DNA from: Pirellulales bacterium
GTDB lineage: Bacteria; Planctomycetota; Planctomycetia; Pirellulales; PALSA-1355
Reading direction: 5' to 3'
Length of the DNA: 64,000 nucleotides
Assembly: GCA_963733035.1 (NCBI GenBank)
Contig: CAVTBU010000003.1
Location: 1-64,000, forward strand
Position 1 is the first letter of the stretch. Every line of letters begins with the position of its first letter. A program made the position numbers and the translations under genes. Positions 18,493 through 29,772 of this stretch are shown one piece after another. The notes beneath the pieces were generated by a model, which saw only the letters and a list, made by a program, of their open reading frames with translations, was not told the origin of the DNA and ran no database searches.

Positions 18493-20826
18493 ATGTTTTT
18501 CACACGATCACTTGTGGGCGGTCGCGCTGCGCGCCGCGGGAACGTTCGTAGGCACAAACTTTTGGAGAAGCATTCGCCGGCCCGCTTCGAGCCGCTTGAG
18601 TGCCGCACGCTGCTGGCAGTTGATGTGACGCCGAGCTTCGAGGTGACCGAGGATTGGACCAGCGGCTTTCAGGGCGACATCCGACTCGAGAGCCATCAGG
18701 CCGCGGCCATCACTCCCTGGCGACTCGAGTTCGACTGGGCGGCCAACATCAGTTCGATTTGGGATGCGCAGATCGAAAGTCACGTCGGCCAACATTACAC
18801 GATTGTCGGCGCGTCGTGGGACAATTCGCTGGCTGGCAATGGCGCGGTGCAGTTTGGTTTTGTGGCGAGTCCCGGCGGTTCGCCGGCCGCCCCGACCAAT
18901 TACGTGCTCAACGGATCGGCGCTCGGTGACACGACGCCGGCGCTGCCGACGATTTCGATTGGCGATGTCAGTTTGAGTGAAGGTAGCTCGGGAACCCACA
19001 ACGCGACGTTTACCGTCAGCATGTCGCAATTGTCGGACGTGCCCGTGACGGTGGCCTGGCAGACCAGCGACGGAACGGCGCAGGCTGGCAGCGATTATCA
19101 GTCAGCCAGCGGCACGGTTCAGTTTTCCGTTGGCCAAACCGTCAAGATCGTGAACGTGCCGGTCTATGGCGACGGCGACGTCGAGCCGGACGAAACCTTT
19201 TTCGTCGATCTTTCGCAACCGGTCGGTGCGACTCTGACGCAGGCGCGTGGCACCGGCACGATCAAGAATGACGACGTTTCGTCGGTGCCGGGAGACACGG
19301 AGTTTCAAGTGCTCACCGATTGGGGGTCGGGCTTTACGGGTCTGGTGACGGTGCGGAACACAGGGACCGCGGCCGTGGACGATTGGCGCGTGGAGTTTGA
19401 CATGGCCGGCACGATCAGCTCGATCTGGAACGGCACGATCGAAAGCCATACCGGTTCGCACTACGTGGTGAAGGCGGCCAGCTACAACCAGGCAATTCCG
19501 GCCGGAGGCACCGCGTCGTTCGGTTTTCTGGCCAGTCCCGGCGGCGGCAGCGCAGCGCCCACCAATATGGTGCTGTACGTGAATGGGCAGTCGCCGGTGA
19601 ATCGCGCGCCGGTGGCCGCCGCCGACGCGGCGTTTACAACCGTGGATCAAAACGTGCTGGTGGACGTGCTGGCCAACGATAGCGATCCGGATGGCGACGT
19701 CATTTCGCTCATCGCCGCACAAGGGGCGGCACACGGCACGGTCGTGCTTCAGGGGAACGAAGTTCTTTACACGCCGTCCGCCGGCTACACCGGCAGCGAT
19801 TCGTTCAGCTACCAGATTCGCGATGCGCAAGGAGCGGCGGCCACGGGCACGGTCAGCGTCACCGTGTCGGACGTCGTGGCGAGCACCGGTCAAATGTTCG
19901 CGCCGTACGTCGATATGACGCTGTGGCCGACGTACGACCTGGTGTCCGCGGCGCGCGACCATAATATCCAATTCTTCACGCTCGCGTTTATTACGGCCGA
20001 TTCGCAAAACCAACCGGCTTGGGGCGGCTATGACGCGTACGCGCTAGGCAGCGACTTCGATGCCAATATGAAAGCGCAAATCGACGGAGTACGTGCCTTG
20101 GGCGGCGATGTCATCGTGTCGTTTGGCGGCGCGGCGAACCAGGAAATTGCGGAAGTGATTACCGATCCGGTCGCGCTGCAGGCGGCCTACCAGTCGATCA
20201 TTGATGCCTATGGAATCACGCACATCGACTTCGACATTGAGGGGGCCGCCGTCGCCGATCACGCGTCGATCGACCGCCGCAACGTCGCGATCGCCGGCTT
20301 GCAGCAGGCCGCCGCGGCCGCCGGACGCACGCTCGACGTTTCCTACACGTTGCCGGTCCTTCCCACCGGTCTGACTGCCGACGGGCTTTACGTGTTGCAG
20401 TCGGCGGTCGCGCGAGGCGTGAACATCGGCGTGGTGAACATCATGGCGATGGACTACGGCGACGGGGCCGCGCCCAATCCGCAAGGCCAGATGGGAGACT
20501 ACGCCATCCAGGCCGCGACCAGCTTGTTCAGTCAGCTTCAGAGTGTTTACGGCACGGCGAAGACCGACCAGGAGCTGTGGAAGATGGTGGGCATCACGCC
20601 GATGATCGGCGTGAACGACATCACGACTGAGGTATTCGACCAGCAAGAGGCCGAGGAGGTGCTGGCGTTTGCCGAGCAGCACGACATCGGCCGCTTGAGC
20701 TTCTGGTCGCTCAACCGCGACCAGCAGAACGCCAATGGCCAGCTAAACTACGTCGACTTGAAGTCGAGCAGCATCCTGCAATCGCCGTTCGAGTTTTCCG
20801 AGATCTTTGGAACGTTCGACGATTGA
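18493..20826 (+). CDS. Modular GH18 chitinase: CBM2 - Calx-beta - CBM2 - Ig-like - GH18
   Basis: RFEPLECRTLLA leader; two W-x-SGF...W...FGF CBM2 modules; DGTAQAGSDY/ETFFVDLS; DVLANDSDPDGD; catalytic IDFDIE. Confidence 0.88.
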   Translation: MFFTRSLVGGRAARRGNVRRHKLLEKHSPARFEPLECRTLLAVDVTPSFEVTEDWTSGFQGDIRLESHQAAAITPWRLEFDWAANISSIWDAQIESHVGQHYTIVGASWDNSLAGNGAVQFGFVASPGGSPAAPTNYVLNGSALGDTTPALPTISIGDVSLSEGSSGTHNATFTVSMSQLSDVPVTVAWQTSDGTAQAGSDYQSASGTVQFSVGQTVKIVNVPVYGDGDVEPDETFFVDLSQPVGATLTQARGTGTIKNDDVSSVPGDTEFQVLTDWGSGFTGLVTVRNTGTAAVDDWRVEFDMAGTISSIWNGTIESHTGSHYVVKAASYNQAIPAGGTASFGFLASPGGGSAAPTNMVLYVNGQSPVNRAPVAAADAAFTTVDQNVLVDVLANDSDPDGDVISLIAAQGAAHGTVVLQGNEVLYTPSAGYTGSDSFSYQIRDAQGAAATGTVSVTVSDVVASTGQMFAPYVDMTLWPTYDLVSAARDHNIQFFTLAFITADSQNQPAWGGYDAYALGSDFDANMKAQIDGVRALGGDVIVSFGGAANQEIAEVITDPVALQAAYQSIIDAYGITHIDFDIEGAAVADHASIDRRNVAIAGLQQAAAAAGRTLDVSYTLPVLPTGLTADGLYVLQSAVARGVNIGVVNIMAMDYGDGAAPNPQGQMGDYAIQAATSLFSQLQSVYGTAKTDQELWKMVGITPMIGVNDITTEVFDQQEAEEVLAFAEQHDIGRLSFWSLNRDQQNANGQLNYVDLKSSSILQSPFEFSEIFGTFDD

Positions 20827-20894
20827 ACCGAGGCGTTTGCGTCGTAAGTAAGATCGGGGTCGGGAGTGATTGGCACTGCCGACCTCGATCGCAT

Positions 20895-21275
20895 TTAACG
20901 ATTCGGCCAGGAGAACAGCCGCACCCGGTTGCCGTCGGGGTCGAGGGTGTTCACTTCGCGGAGGCCTTCCGGGTCGTTGGGGGGATGGTGCATCGGCGAA
21001 CCGGCCTCGTCGAGTCGAGCCACCAGCCGCGGCACGTCCTCAACTTCGAAGGCCAGACTGATCCGACCGCTGGCCGGATGCTCGGCCGGACGCGAAAGCA
21101 GGGCGATCCGAGTATCGCCGGCTTCGAGCAGCGCGTAGCCATCGTCGACCACCCGCACTAACACCCGCAAACCGAGGACATGGCGGTACCAGTTGAGCAA
21201 TTGGGGCCAGTTGGCAGTGCGCAGCTCGACACAGTACAGGCCCGGGCGGACGTCGCGGCGGAGGTCTCGATTCAT
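20895..21275 (-). CDS. VOC/glyoxalase family protein
   Basis: WYRHVLGL, LAFEVEDV, DPDGN. Confidence 0.85.
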   Translation of the reverse strand: MNRDLRRDVRPGLYCVELRTANWPQLLNWYRHVLGLRVLVRVVDDGYALLEAGDTRIALLSRPAEHPASGRISLAFEVEDVPRLVARLDEAGSPMHHPPNDPEGLREVNTLDPDGNRVRLFSWPNR

Positions 21276-21365
21276 GGTGTTTCTCTGGCGCAAAAGCTTG
21301 TGCTGGGGCAACTTGCATGGGGTCAACCGCGTCGGTCGCCGATGCCGCGTGGCGACCAGATGACA

Positions 21366-21393
21366 TTGACCACAACTCCAGTTGTTCTAGAAT
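21366..21393 (+). promoter_or_regulatory. Sigma-70-like promoter for lysS
   Basis: TTGACC-N16-TAGAAT. Confidence 0.55.
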
Positions 21394-21427
21394 GTTGCGA
21401 TTCTTTCGCCGATTTGCAAGACGACCT

Positions 21428-22984
21428 ATGACCTCGATCGACCGAGCCAGCGCCCAGGCCTCTTCCACGATGACTGAATCCGCCAATGCTCCCGGCATGC
21501 ACGAGGCTTCGCGCCGAGAGAAAATGCGCAAGATTCAGGAGCTGGGCATTGATCCGTGGGGCGCGCGGTTCGACGGCCACATGCCGATTGGCGAAATTCG
21601 CGCCCGCGAGTCTGAAATCAACGTCGAGCCGATTCCCGCAGGCTCCGAGCAGCGCCAGCCGGAGCAGCATGGCCCCAAAGTTCGGGCCGCCGGCCGGGTT
21701 GTTTTGCAGCGCAAGAAAGGGAAGCTCATCTTCCTCGACATCCGCGATTGGACCGGGCGGGTCCAACTCTTCGTCGGTCGCGGCCAGGTGGGGGAGGAGA
21801 ATTGGGCCCTGGCCGAATGCCTCGATCTGGGCGATCTGGTTGGCGTCGATGGCGAACTGAAACGGACCAAAACCGGTGAGTTGACGATCTTCGTCGAGAA
21901 GCTGCATTTCCTCACCAAGAGCATCGAAACGCCGCCCGAGAAACATCATGGGCTGACCGACCCGGAGCTGCGGCAACGGATGCGGTACCTGGACCTGGCG
22001 TATACCGAGGGCGTACTGCCTCGATTCGTCAATCGCACGAAGATCGTGGCGTCGGTGCGGAGCACGCTGGCCGGTTGTGGGTATATCGAAGTCGAAGGGC
22101 CGACGCTGCACGCGATTGCCGGCGGAGCCGCGGCTCGACCTTTCAAGACGCATCACAATACGCTCGACATGCCGCTGTTCATGCGAATTGCCTTGGAGTT
22201 GCACCTGAAGCGGCTGTTGGTGGGTGGCATGGAGCGGGTTTACGAGCTGGGTCGCGTCTACCGCAACGAGGGGATCAGCCCTCGGCACAATCCCGAGTTC
22301 ACGATGCTCGAGGCCTATCAGGCCTACGGCGACTACCAGACGATGATGGACCTTACCGAGCGGATCATCGTCGAAGCGCTGGCGGCCACGGGGCAGGGGC
22401 AGCAGATTGCCTGGGGCGAGCGGACGATCGACTTCACGCCACCGTTTGCGCGCCACACGTACGACGAGCTGTTTGAAACGCACACGGGCGTCAACCCGGC
22501 CAATGCGGAGGCGGTGAAGAAGCTGGCCGAAGGGATGGGCTTTGAAACAGCCGGCAAGCATCCCGACGTGATCAAGAGCGAAGTGTTCGAGGAGCGGGTG
22601 GAAGACCAGCTGGCCGGTCCGGTGTTTGTGCTGGATTATCCGGCCAGCATTTGCCCGCTCACCAAACGGAAGGCCGACAACCCGGCCGTGGCCGAGCGGT
22701 TCGAGCTGTTCGTGCAGGGGATGGAAGTGGCCAATGCCTACACCGAGCTGAACGACCCCGACTTGCAGGAGCAACTTTTCCGCACGCAGCTCGAAGGCCA
22801 GAAGGACGAGGATTCGATGGCCAAGATGGACCACGATTTCATTCGGGCACTGCGGCACGGCATGCCGCCGGCCGGTGGGTTAGGAATCGGCATCGATCGA
22901 CTGGTGATGCTCCTGACGGGCAGCCAGAGCATTCGCGAAGTGATTTTGTTTCCGCTGTTGCGCACGGAAGAACCGAAGCAGTAG
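21428..22984 (+). CDS. lysS: Lysine--tRNA ligase (class II); start codon uncertain
   Basis: GGAAARPF, YRNEGI, HNPEFT, GLGIGIDRL. Confidence 0.97.
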   Translation: MTSIDRASAQASSTMTESANAPGMHEASRREKMRKIQELGIDPWGARFDGHMPIGEIRARESEINVEPIPAGSEQRQPEQHGPKVRAAGRVVLQRKKGKLIFLDIRDWTGRVQLFVGRGQVGEENWALAECLDLGDLVGVDGELKRTKTGELTIFVEKLHFLTKSIETPPEKHHGLTDPELRQRMRYLDLAYTEGVLPRFVNRTKIVASVRSTLAGCGYIEVEGPTLHAIAGGAAARPFKTHHNTLDMPLFMRIALELHLKRLLVGGMERVYELGRVYRNEGISPRHNPEFTMLEAYQAYGDYQTMMDLTERIIVEALAATGQGQQIAWGERTIDFTPPFARHTYDELFETHTGVNPANAEAVKKLAEGMGFETAGKHPDVIKSEVFEERVEDQLAGPVFVLDYPASICPLTKRKADNPAVAERFELFVQGMEVANAYTELNDPDLQEQLFRTQLEGQKDEDSMAKMDHDFIRALRHGMPPAGGLGIGIDRLVMLLTGSQSIREVILFPLLRTEEPKQ

Positions 22985-23054
22985 GCGTCGGCTGAGTCGG
23001 GGGGCGGCCGACCGCGTTGCTAGAGAAAAACGCCGCGTAGCCAAAGGACTGGCG

Positions 23055-24614
23055 ATGTACAAATTCCTGCTCTGTTGGCGCTATCTGCGAACGCGCTGGA
23101 TCGCGCTGGCGAGCATCATCAGCGTCACGCTGGGCGTGGCCACGATGATCGTCGTCAACAGCGTGATGGCGGGCTTCTCGCGTGAAATGCAGGGACGCAT
23201 TCACAGCATCCTCTCGGACGTGACGATCGAGAGCCACGGGGCGGAAGGGTTCTCCGATCCGGACGATCATATGCGGCGCATTCGCAAGGTTGCCGGCAAG
23301 TACATCGCCGGCATGAGTCCCACGCTCACCATCCCGGCCATGCTGTCGTTTCAGGTGAACGGAAATTGGCACCAGCGGCAGATCACGTTTATCGGCATCG
23401 ATCCGGCCAGCTACGGCACGGTTGGCGACTTCAATCATTACTTGCAGCATCCCGCCAATCGCAAGGCGCTTGAGTTTGTGCTCCGCGACGGGGGATACGA
23501 CGTTGTCGACCACGACGGTGACGAAAAGTCGCTGCCGCGTCACCGGATGGACATCGCTGGCTGGCCGAACCGCCGCATGTGGGGCCAGTTTTATAACGAC
23601 ATGCAGGGTGACCGACAGTCGATCGAGGAGGTCGAGACCGATCCTGTTTCGCTGGAATCGCCGCCCGAGGAGATTGAGGAATCGGGCTGGGTGTACGAGC
23701 GTGACGGACAAATCGCCGAGGGTGTCGGCGCGGGCCGGGATTTCGATCCGACGAAGCAGACGCACACCGGCATCGTGATGGGGATGGCGCTGGCTTGTAA
23801 TCGGATGCCGGACGGCAGCGACTTCTTTTTTCTGCTGCCGGGCGATGACGTCGAAATCACGGTTCCCACGGCCGGCACGCCGCCGAAGGTCGTGCCGCAA
23901 TTGTTTACGATCGTCGACGTCTACGAGAGCAAGCTCAGCGAATACGACAGCAACTACGTCTTCGCGCCGCTCGAGGCCGTCCAGCAAATGCGCGAGATGA
24001 TCGATCCGGCCACGGGAATCGGCGCGGTCACTTCGATTCAGATCAAGCTCAGGCGCGAGGCGGACGGCGAACGGGTGCGCGACTTGTTGCGGGCCGAGTT
24101 TCCGGCGGGACAGTATGCCGTGCAAACCTGGCGCAACAAACAGGGCCCGCTGCTGGCCGCCGTGAATCTGGAAACGGCGATCCTCAATGTGCTGTTGTTC
24201 ATGATCATTGCCGTGGCCGGGTTTGGCATTCTGGCGATCTTTTACATGATCGTCGTGGAGAAGACGCGCGATATCGGCATTCTGAAATCGCTGGGTGCCC
24301 CGAGTCGCGGGATCATGGGCGTGTTTCTGGCCTACGGACTGGGACTGGGGATCGTGGGGGCCGGCGCGGGAATGGTCTTGGGGCTGTTGTTCGTGGCCAA
24401 CATCAACGGCATTGCCGATGGGCTGGCAAGTCTCACCGGGCAACAGGTCTTCGACCCGACGGTGTATTACTTTCAGGAAATCCCCGCGATTGTGAAGCCA
24501 CTGACGGTGACTTGGATCGTGCTGGGGGCGATGCTTATCGCTGTGTTGGCCAGTGTGTTGCCGGCCCGTCGAGCGGCACGGATGCATCCGGTAGAAGCCT
24601 TACGCAATAAGTGA
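23055..24614 (+). CDS. Lipoprotein-releasing ABC permease, LolC/E family (copy 1)
   Basis: LGVATMIVVNSVMAGF; VEKTRDIGILKSLGA; PARRAA...PVEALR. Confidence 0.9.
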   Translation: MYKFLLCWRYLRTRWIALASIISVTLGVATMIVVNSVMAGFSREMQGRIHSILSDVTIESHGAEGFSDPDDHMRRIRKVAGKYIAGMSPTLTIPAMLSFQVNGNWHQRQITFIGIDPASYGTVGDFNHYLQHPANRKALEFVLRDGGYDVVDHDGDEKSLPRHRMDIAGWPNRRMWGQFYNDMQGDRQSIEEVETDPVSLESPPEEIEESGWVYERDGQIAEGVGAGRDFDPTKQTHTGIVMGMALACNRMPDGSDFFFLLPGDDVEITVPTAGTPPKVVPQLFTIVDVYESKLSEYDSNYVFAPLEAVQQMREMIDPATGIGAVTSIQIKLRREADGERVRDLLRAEFPAGQYAVQTWRNKQGPLLAAVNLETAILNVLLFMIIAVAGFGILAIFYMIVVEKTRDIGILKSLGAPSRGIMGVFLAYGLGLGIVGAGAGMVLGLLFVANINGIADGLASLTGQQVFDPTVYYFQEIPAIVKPLTVTWIVLGAMLIAVLASVLPARRAARMHPVEALRNK

Positions 24615-24623
24615 CGGACCACG

Positions 24624-26209
24624 ATGTACAAGCTCTTTCTTTGCTGGCGATACTTGCGAACGCGCTGGATCGCGCTGGCCTCGATCGTTAGCGTGACGCT
24701 GGGCGTGGCCACGATGATCGTCGTCAACAGTGTGATGGAGGGCTTTGCCGCGAGATGGAAGGCCGCGTTCACGGCATTCTTTCCGACGTGGTATTCGAGA
24801 GCCAGAATCTGGAGGGTTTTTATGACGCCGAAGCGCACATGGCGCGGATTCGCGAGATCGCCGGACCGTACATTGCCGGCATGACACCCACGGTGGCCGT
24901 GCCCGGGCAGCTACGGTTCGACGTCGACGGGCACGAACAGACGCGCCACGTGAGCTTCATCGGCGTCGACGAGAACACCTACGGCACCGTGAGCGATTTC
25001 AACCGCTACCTGCGGCATCCGCAAAATCGACAGCAGTTGAGCTTCGAGCTGCGCGACGGCGGCTACGATGCACCGGAAGGAGAAACCGTTGCGGCCGATT
25101 TGCGCTCCGCCGGTTGGCCCCGCCGTTGGCGCGATGCCGAGCGCAAGAAACAGCGGCAGCTCGCGGCGCCGGAAGCCAGCGCGGCCGAGACCGCAGCCGA
25201 CCAGCAGCTGCCCCCCGAGACGATTGTGCGCGACGGCTGGAGCTACCATCGTTCGCGAGAATCGCTGGCAACCGTCGAGCGGAACGTGGCGGCCCCGGCG
25301 CCGAATAATCCTTTCGAAAAGTTCGAAACGCAGGGAGCCTTTGATCCAGCCCGCCAAACGCATACGGGCATCGTGTTGGGGATTGGCATCGCGCGCGTCG
25401 CGGCGGCGGACGGGCAGAAATTCCTGGTGTTGCCGGGCGACGATGTAAAGGTCACGGTTCCTACAGCCGCCACGCCCCCCAAGCCGTCGAGCGATACGTT
25501 CACGGTCGTCGATCTTTATGAAAGTCAGATGACGGAGTACGACGCCAATTTCATCTTCATGCCGATTCGGAAGTTGCAAGTGATGCGGGGCATGATCAAT
25601 CCGACCAGCGATGTGGGGCATGTGACGTCGATTCAAATCAAGCTGCACAACGAGGCCGACGGGGAGACAGTTCGCGACAAGCTGCGCGAGGCCTTTCCCG
25701 GTGGCGCCTACGGAGTTTACACCTGGCGCGACAAGCAGGGGCCCCTGCTGGCCGCCGTGCACATGCAAACCGCCATTCTCAACGTGCTGTTGTTCCTGAT
25801 CATCGCGGTGGCCGGCTTCGGCATCTTGGCGATCTTCTGCATGATCGTGGCCGAGAAGACACGCGACATCGGAATCCTCAAGTCGCTGGGCGCCTCGAGC
25901 GACGGCATCATGGGCATCTTTGTCAGCTACGGACTGTCGCTCGGAATCGTCGGCTCGGGAGCGGGTCTGCTGATCGGCCTGCTATTCGTGGCCAATATCA
26001 ATCGGATTGCCGACCTGCTGGCGCGCGTCACCGGGCGCGAAGTGTTTGACCCGTCGATTTACTATTTCCAGCAAATACCCACGATCGTCGAGCCGCTGAC
26101 GGTGGCCTGGATCGTGACCGGCGCGATGGCGATCGCAGTCGTGGCCAGCATTGTGCCGGCCCGTCGCGCGGCTCGCTTGCACCCCGTGGAGGCTTTACGC
26201 CATGAGTGA
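24624..26209 (+). CDS. LolC/E family permease (copy 2); apparent frameshift ~24750
   Basis: Same motifs as copy 1, split over two frames. Confidence 0.88.
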
Positions 26210-26999
26210 CTCCAGCCGTCGTCTCATTCAACCGCGCCGTCGTGACGAGCAGGCGGGACCGCACCTGTCGCTGGTGGGCGAGCAGGATACGCCTGCCGCA
26301 CCCGCTGAAGTGCAATTGGCCGCCATCGGCTTGTGGAAGCGCTACCAGAAGGGACGCGTCGAGATTCCAGTATTGCGGGGGGTCGACCTGGAGATTCGCC
26401 GCGGCGAATTCGTTTCGATCATCGGGCAAAGCGGCTCGGGAAAAAGCACGCTGCTGCATCTGCTGGGCATGCTCGACGCTCCCGACGAAGGCGAAGTGTG
26501 CTTTCGTGGACAACGGATCGACAACCTGCCGATGACTCGGCGCGACATGCTGCGGAACCGCGAGTTCGGCATGATCTTTCAATTTTACCACCTGCTGCCC
26601 GAATTGACCGCGCTTGAGAACGTGCTGTCGCCGCTGCTGATTTCCGAGGGAGTGTTCGGCTACTTCCGACATCGCAAACGGCACATAGCGCGAGCCACCC
26701 ATCTGCTGGAGATGGTCGGCCTGTCGCACCGCCTGAAGCATCGCCCGAGCGAACTGTCCGGCGGCGAAATGCAGCGGGCCGCGATTGCTCGGGCGCTGGC
26801 CGCCGAGCCCGAAGTGCTGTTGGCCGACGAGCCGACGGGTAACTTGGATAGCGACACGGGTCAGGAAATCTTGCGAATCCTGCGAACCTTGAACGACGAG
26901 CACAATGTCACTATCATCATGGTAACGCACGACCGCAGCATCGCAGCCGAAGCGGATCGTACGCTGCGGCTGGCCGCGGGCCAGATGGAAGTCGTGTAG
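26202..26999 (+). CDS. lolD: LolD-like ABC ATPase
   Basis: [24 protein letters not shown]; follows the lolC/E genes. Confidence 0.85.
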   Translation: MSDSSRRLIQPRRRDEQAGPHLSLVGEQDTPAAPAEVQLAAIGLWKRYQKGRVEIPVLRGVDLEIRRGEFVSIIGQSGSGKSTLLHLLGMLDAPDEGEVCFRGQRIDNLPMTRRDMLRNREFGMIFQFYHLLPELTALENVLSPLLISEGVFGYFRHRKRHIARATHLLEMVGLSHRLKHRPSELSGGEMQRAAIARALAAEPEVLLADEPTGNLDSDTGQEILRILRTLNDEHNVTIIMVTHDRSIAAEADRTLRLAAGQMEVV

Positions 27000-27073
27000 C
27001 CAACCCTCTTTCGTACGCGGCTCGCATCCGTCATCCTGACGCTTCAAACGCGGGAACAGTCCCGGAGGTTCTC

Positions 27074-27994
27074 TTGTCGATCCATAGCCCTTCGTCCCGC
27101 CCGGATTCCGCCACGAGTGCCCGACCGGACAGCACCGCCGACTTCAAGATTTGGATCAACGGAACACTCTTTGCCAAGCAGGACGCCAAAGTCAGCGTCT
27201 ATGACCACGGGTTGCTCTACGGCGACGGCGTGTTCGAGGGCCTGCGGAGCTATGGCGGCAAGGTGTTTCGGCTGGAGCAGCACCTCGAACGATTGTGGAA
27301 TTCGGCCAAGGCCATCTTCCTCGAGATTCCGATTTCGCGGGCCGAGATGGGCAAAGCGATTAACGACACGCTCAAGGCCAACGGAATCGAAGACGGCTAC
27401 ATTCGTTTGATCGTCACGCGCGGAGCCGGCACGCTTGGGCTCGACCCGAACCGGACCAGCAATCCGCAAGTGATCATCATCACCGATTTCATCGCGGTGT
27501 ATCCCGAAGAGTTATACGCGGCCGGTTTGGAAATCATCACCGCCAGCTCGCAGCGGAACCATCCGGCGGCGCTTAGCCCTCGAATCAAGTCGCTCAACTA
27601 TCTGAACAACATCCTGGCCAAGATTGAGTGCACGCAGGCCGGTTGCATGGAAGCCCTGATGCTCAACCACAAAGGCGAAGTGGCCGAGTGCACGGCCGAC
27701 AATATCTTTCTCGTCAAAGACGGCATCCTGCTCACGCCGCCTACCGACGCGGGCATTCTGGAAGGTATCACACGGGACGCCGTGATCGAGTTGGCTCGCC
27801 AGTCGGGCTACGAAGTGCGCGAGGTATCGCTCACGCGGCACGACGTCTACATTGCCGACGAGGTGTTTTTGACCGGCACCGCGGTGGAAGTTATCGCCGT
27901 GGTACGGGTCGATAGCCGCAAGATTGGCGACGGCGCTCCAGGCCCGATCACCAAGGAACTGAAAGAGAAGTTCCACAAACTGGCGCGGTCGTAG
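27074..27994 (+). CDS. ilvE: Branched-chain amino acid aminotransferase
   Basis: YGDGVFEG, IKSLNYLNN, LEGITR, LTGTA. Confidence 0.93.
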   Translation: MSIHSPSSRPDSATSARPDSTADFKIWINGTLFAKQDAKVSVYDHGLLYGDGVFEGLRSYGGKVFRLEQHLERLWNSAKAIFLEIPISRAEMGKAINDTLKANGIEDGYIRLIVTRGAGTLGLDPNRTSNPQVIIITDFIAVYPEELYAAGLEIITASSQRNHPAALSPRIKSLNYLNNILAKIECTQAGCMEALMLNHKGEVAECTADNIFLVKDGILLTPPTDAGILEGITRDAVIELARQSGYEVREVSLTRHDVYIADEVFLTGTAVEVIAVVRVDSRKIGDGAPGPITKELKEKFHKLARS

Positions 27995-28206
27995 GCAATG
28001 CCTACCGATTCGTTTAGCCCGGAGCCAACGGCGATGGCGTGTCCTGATTCCGCGACTGGATGGCAGGCAGGTCGCGATTGACTTCGTCCCGCCCGAATCG
28101 CGAAATCGATTTGCCATTTGCCCGCGACTGGCGACAATATCGGGGACACCACGCGCCGTCGCCGTTGGCTCCGGGCGAAACGTTGCATCTTTGGGAGAGC
28201 GCAATC

Positions 28207-29517
28207 ATGGATCTTGGGCGAACTTTCCGGTTCGTGTGCTGTTTCGCTTTGGCACTTTCGATCGGTGGTACTTTGGCCGCGGACGAGTGGCCGCAGTGGC
28301 GGGGGCCGAATCGGGACGGCGTGTGGCGCGAAACGGGGCTGTTGGATAAGTTTGCCGGCGACGAACTGAAGATCCAATGGCGGCAACCGATCGGCAGCGG
28401 CTATAGCGGACCGACCGTGGCCGACGGCCGGGTGTTTGTCACCGACCGGCTCGTCGAACCCGAGCAAGTGGAACGGGTTCACTGCTTCGATTGGAAGACG
28501 GGCGAGCCGCAGTGGACCTATAGCTATGCCTGCCCTTATGTCAACGTGGGCTACACGGCCGGGCCGCGCGCGAGCGTCACCGTCGATGAAGGCCGTGCTT
28601 ACGCGCTGGGGACGATGGGCAACTTGTATTGTTTCGAGGTCGCCAGCGGCAAGCCGTTGTGGAACAAAGACCTGAACGCCCAGTACAAGATCCGCATGCC
28701 GATCTGGGGTATCGCCGCTTCGCCGCTGGTGGATGGCGACCTGGTGATCGTGCAGATTGGCGGAGAGGAAGCGTGCCTGGTGGCCTTCGACAAGAAGACG
28801 GGGGACGAACGCTGGCGGGCTCTCGACGACAACGCTTCGTACTCGGCCCCCATCATCATTCAGCAGGCGGGCCGGCCGGTGATGGTTTGCTGGACCGGCG
28901 GGAGCATCGTCGGCATGAATGCCCAAACGGGCGAAGTGTATTGGCGGCAACCGTTCAAGCCGGCCAAGATGGTGATCAATATCGCGACGCCAGTGTTCGA
29001 GAAAGGCCGCTTGTTCTTCACCAGCTTTTACGACGGGTCGATCATGCTGGACGTCAATGACAAGCAGCTGGCCGTCAGCGAGCTGTGGAGTCGCCAGGGT
29101 CGAGACGAGCAGCATACCGACGGCCTGCACTCGATTATCAGCACTCCGTATCTCAAGGGCGACTATGTGTACGGCGTCGACAGCTACGGCGAATTTCGTT
29201 GTTTGGACGGCAAAACCGGCGAGCGAATTTGGGAAAGCCTGGAACCCACGCCCAAGTCGCGATGGAGCACGATCCACATGGTCGAGAACGCCGGCCGGAT
29301 GTGGATGTTCAACGAACGGGGCGAGTTGGTCATCGCCAGGATTTCGCCGTCGGGATACGAGGAAATCAGCCGGGCGAAACTGATCGAGCCAACGAGGGTT
29401 CAGCTCGGCCAACGCGGCGGAGTCTGTTGGGCTCACCCGGCTTATGCACATCGGCACGTATTCGCCCGCAACGATAAGGAGATTGTTTGCGCGTCGTTGG
29501 CCGCTGGAGAAAATTAG
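28207..29517 (+). CDS. PQQ-binding-like beta-propeller protein
   Basis: Signal peptide; WPQWRGPNRDG; repeated TG..W. Confidence 0.88.
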   Translation: MDLGRTFRFVCCFALALSIGGTLAADEWPQWRGPNRDGVWRETGLLDKFAGDELKIQWRQPIGSGYSGPTVADGRVFVTDRLVEPEQVERVHCFDWKTGEPQWTYSYACPYVNVGYTAGPRASVTVDEGRAYALGTMGNLYCFEVASGKPLWNKDLNAQYKIRMPIWGIAASPLVDGDLVIVQIGGEEACLVAFDKKTGDERWRALDDNASYSAPIIIQQAGRPVMVCWTGGSIVGMNAQTGEVYWRQPFKPAKMVINIATPVFEKGRLFFTSFYDGSIMLDVNDKQLAVSELWSRQGRDEQHTDGLHSIISTPYLKGDYVYGVDSYGEFRCLDGKTGERIWESLEPTPKSRWSTIHMVENAGRMWMFNERGELVIARISPSGYEEISRAKLIEPTRVQLGQRGGVCWAHPAYAHRHVFARNDKEIVCASLAAGEN

Positions 29518-29636
29518 GCGGTGTCAGTCGTGTGATAGCAGGGACATGACATCGACGAGCGTCTGGCAGCCCACTGTTTGGCGCGCTGTTAGCGGTAGAG
29601 CGATTTGAGCTCCTGGCAAAAAGTGCGATTTCTCAA

Positions 29637-29664
29637 TTGACGCCTTGTCCGGGTTCGTTACAAT
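29637..29664 (+). promoter_or_regulatory. Sigma-70-like promoter for ispE-spoVG
   Basis: TTGACG-N16-TACAAT. Confidence 0.55.
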
Positions 29665-29772
29665 TCGACTCGGTTTAGCAGGCGCCGCGTCTTATTACGG
29701 GCGGTTTGTATGTAATTTGCTCGCGGTCTTGAACTGAAAATCGCCGCGTCGCGCAAGCAGGGATCGCTTGTC

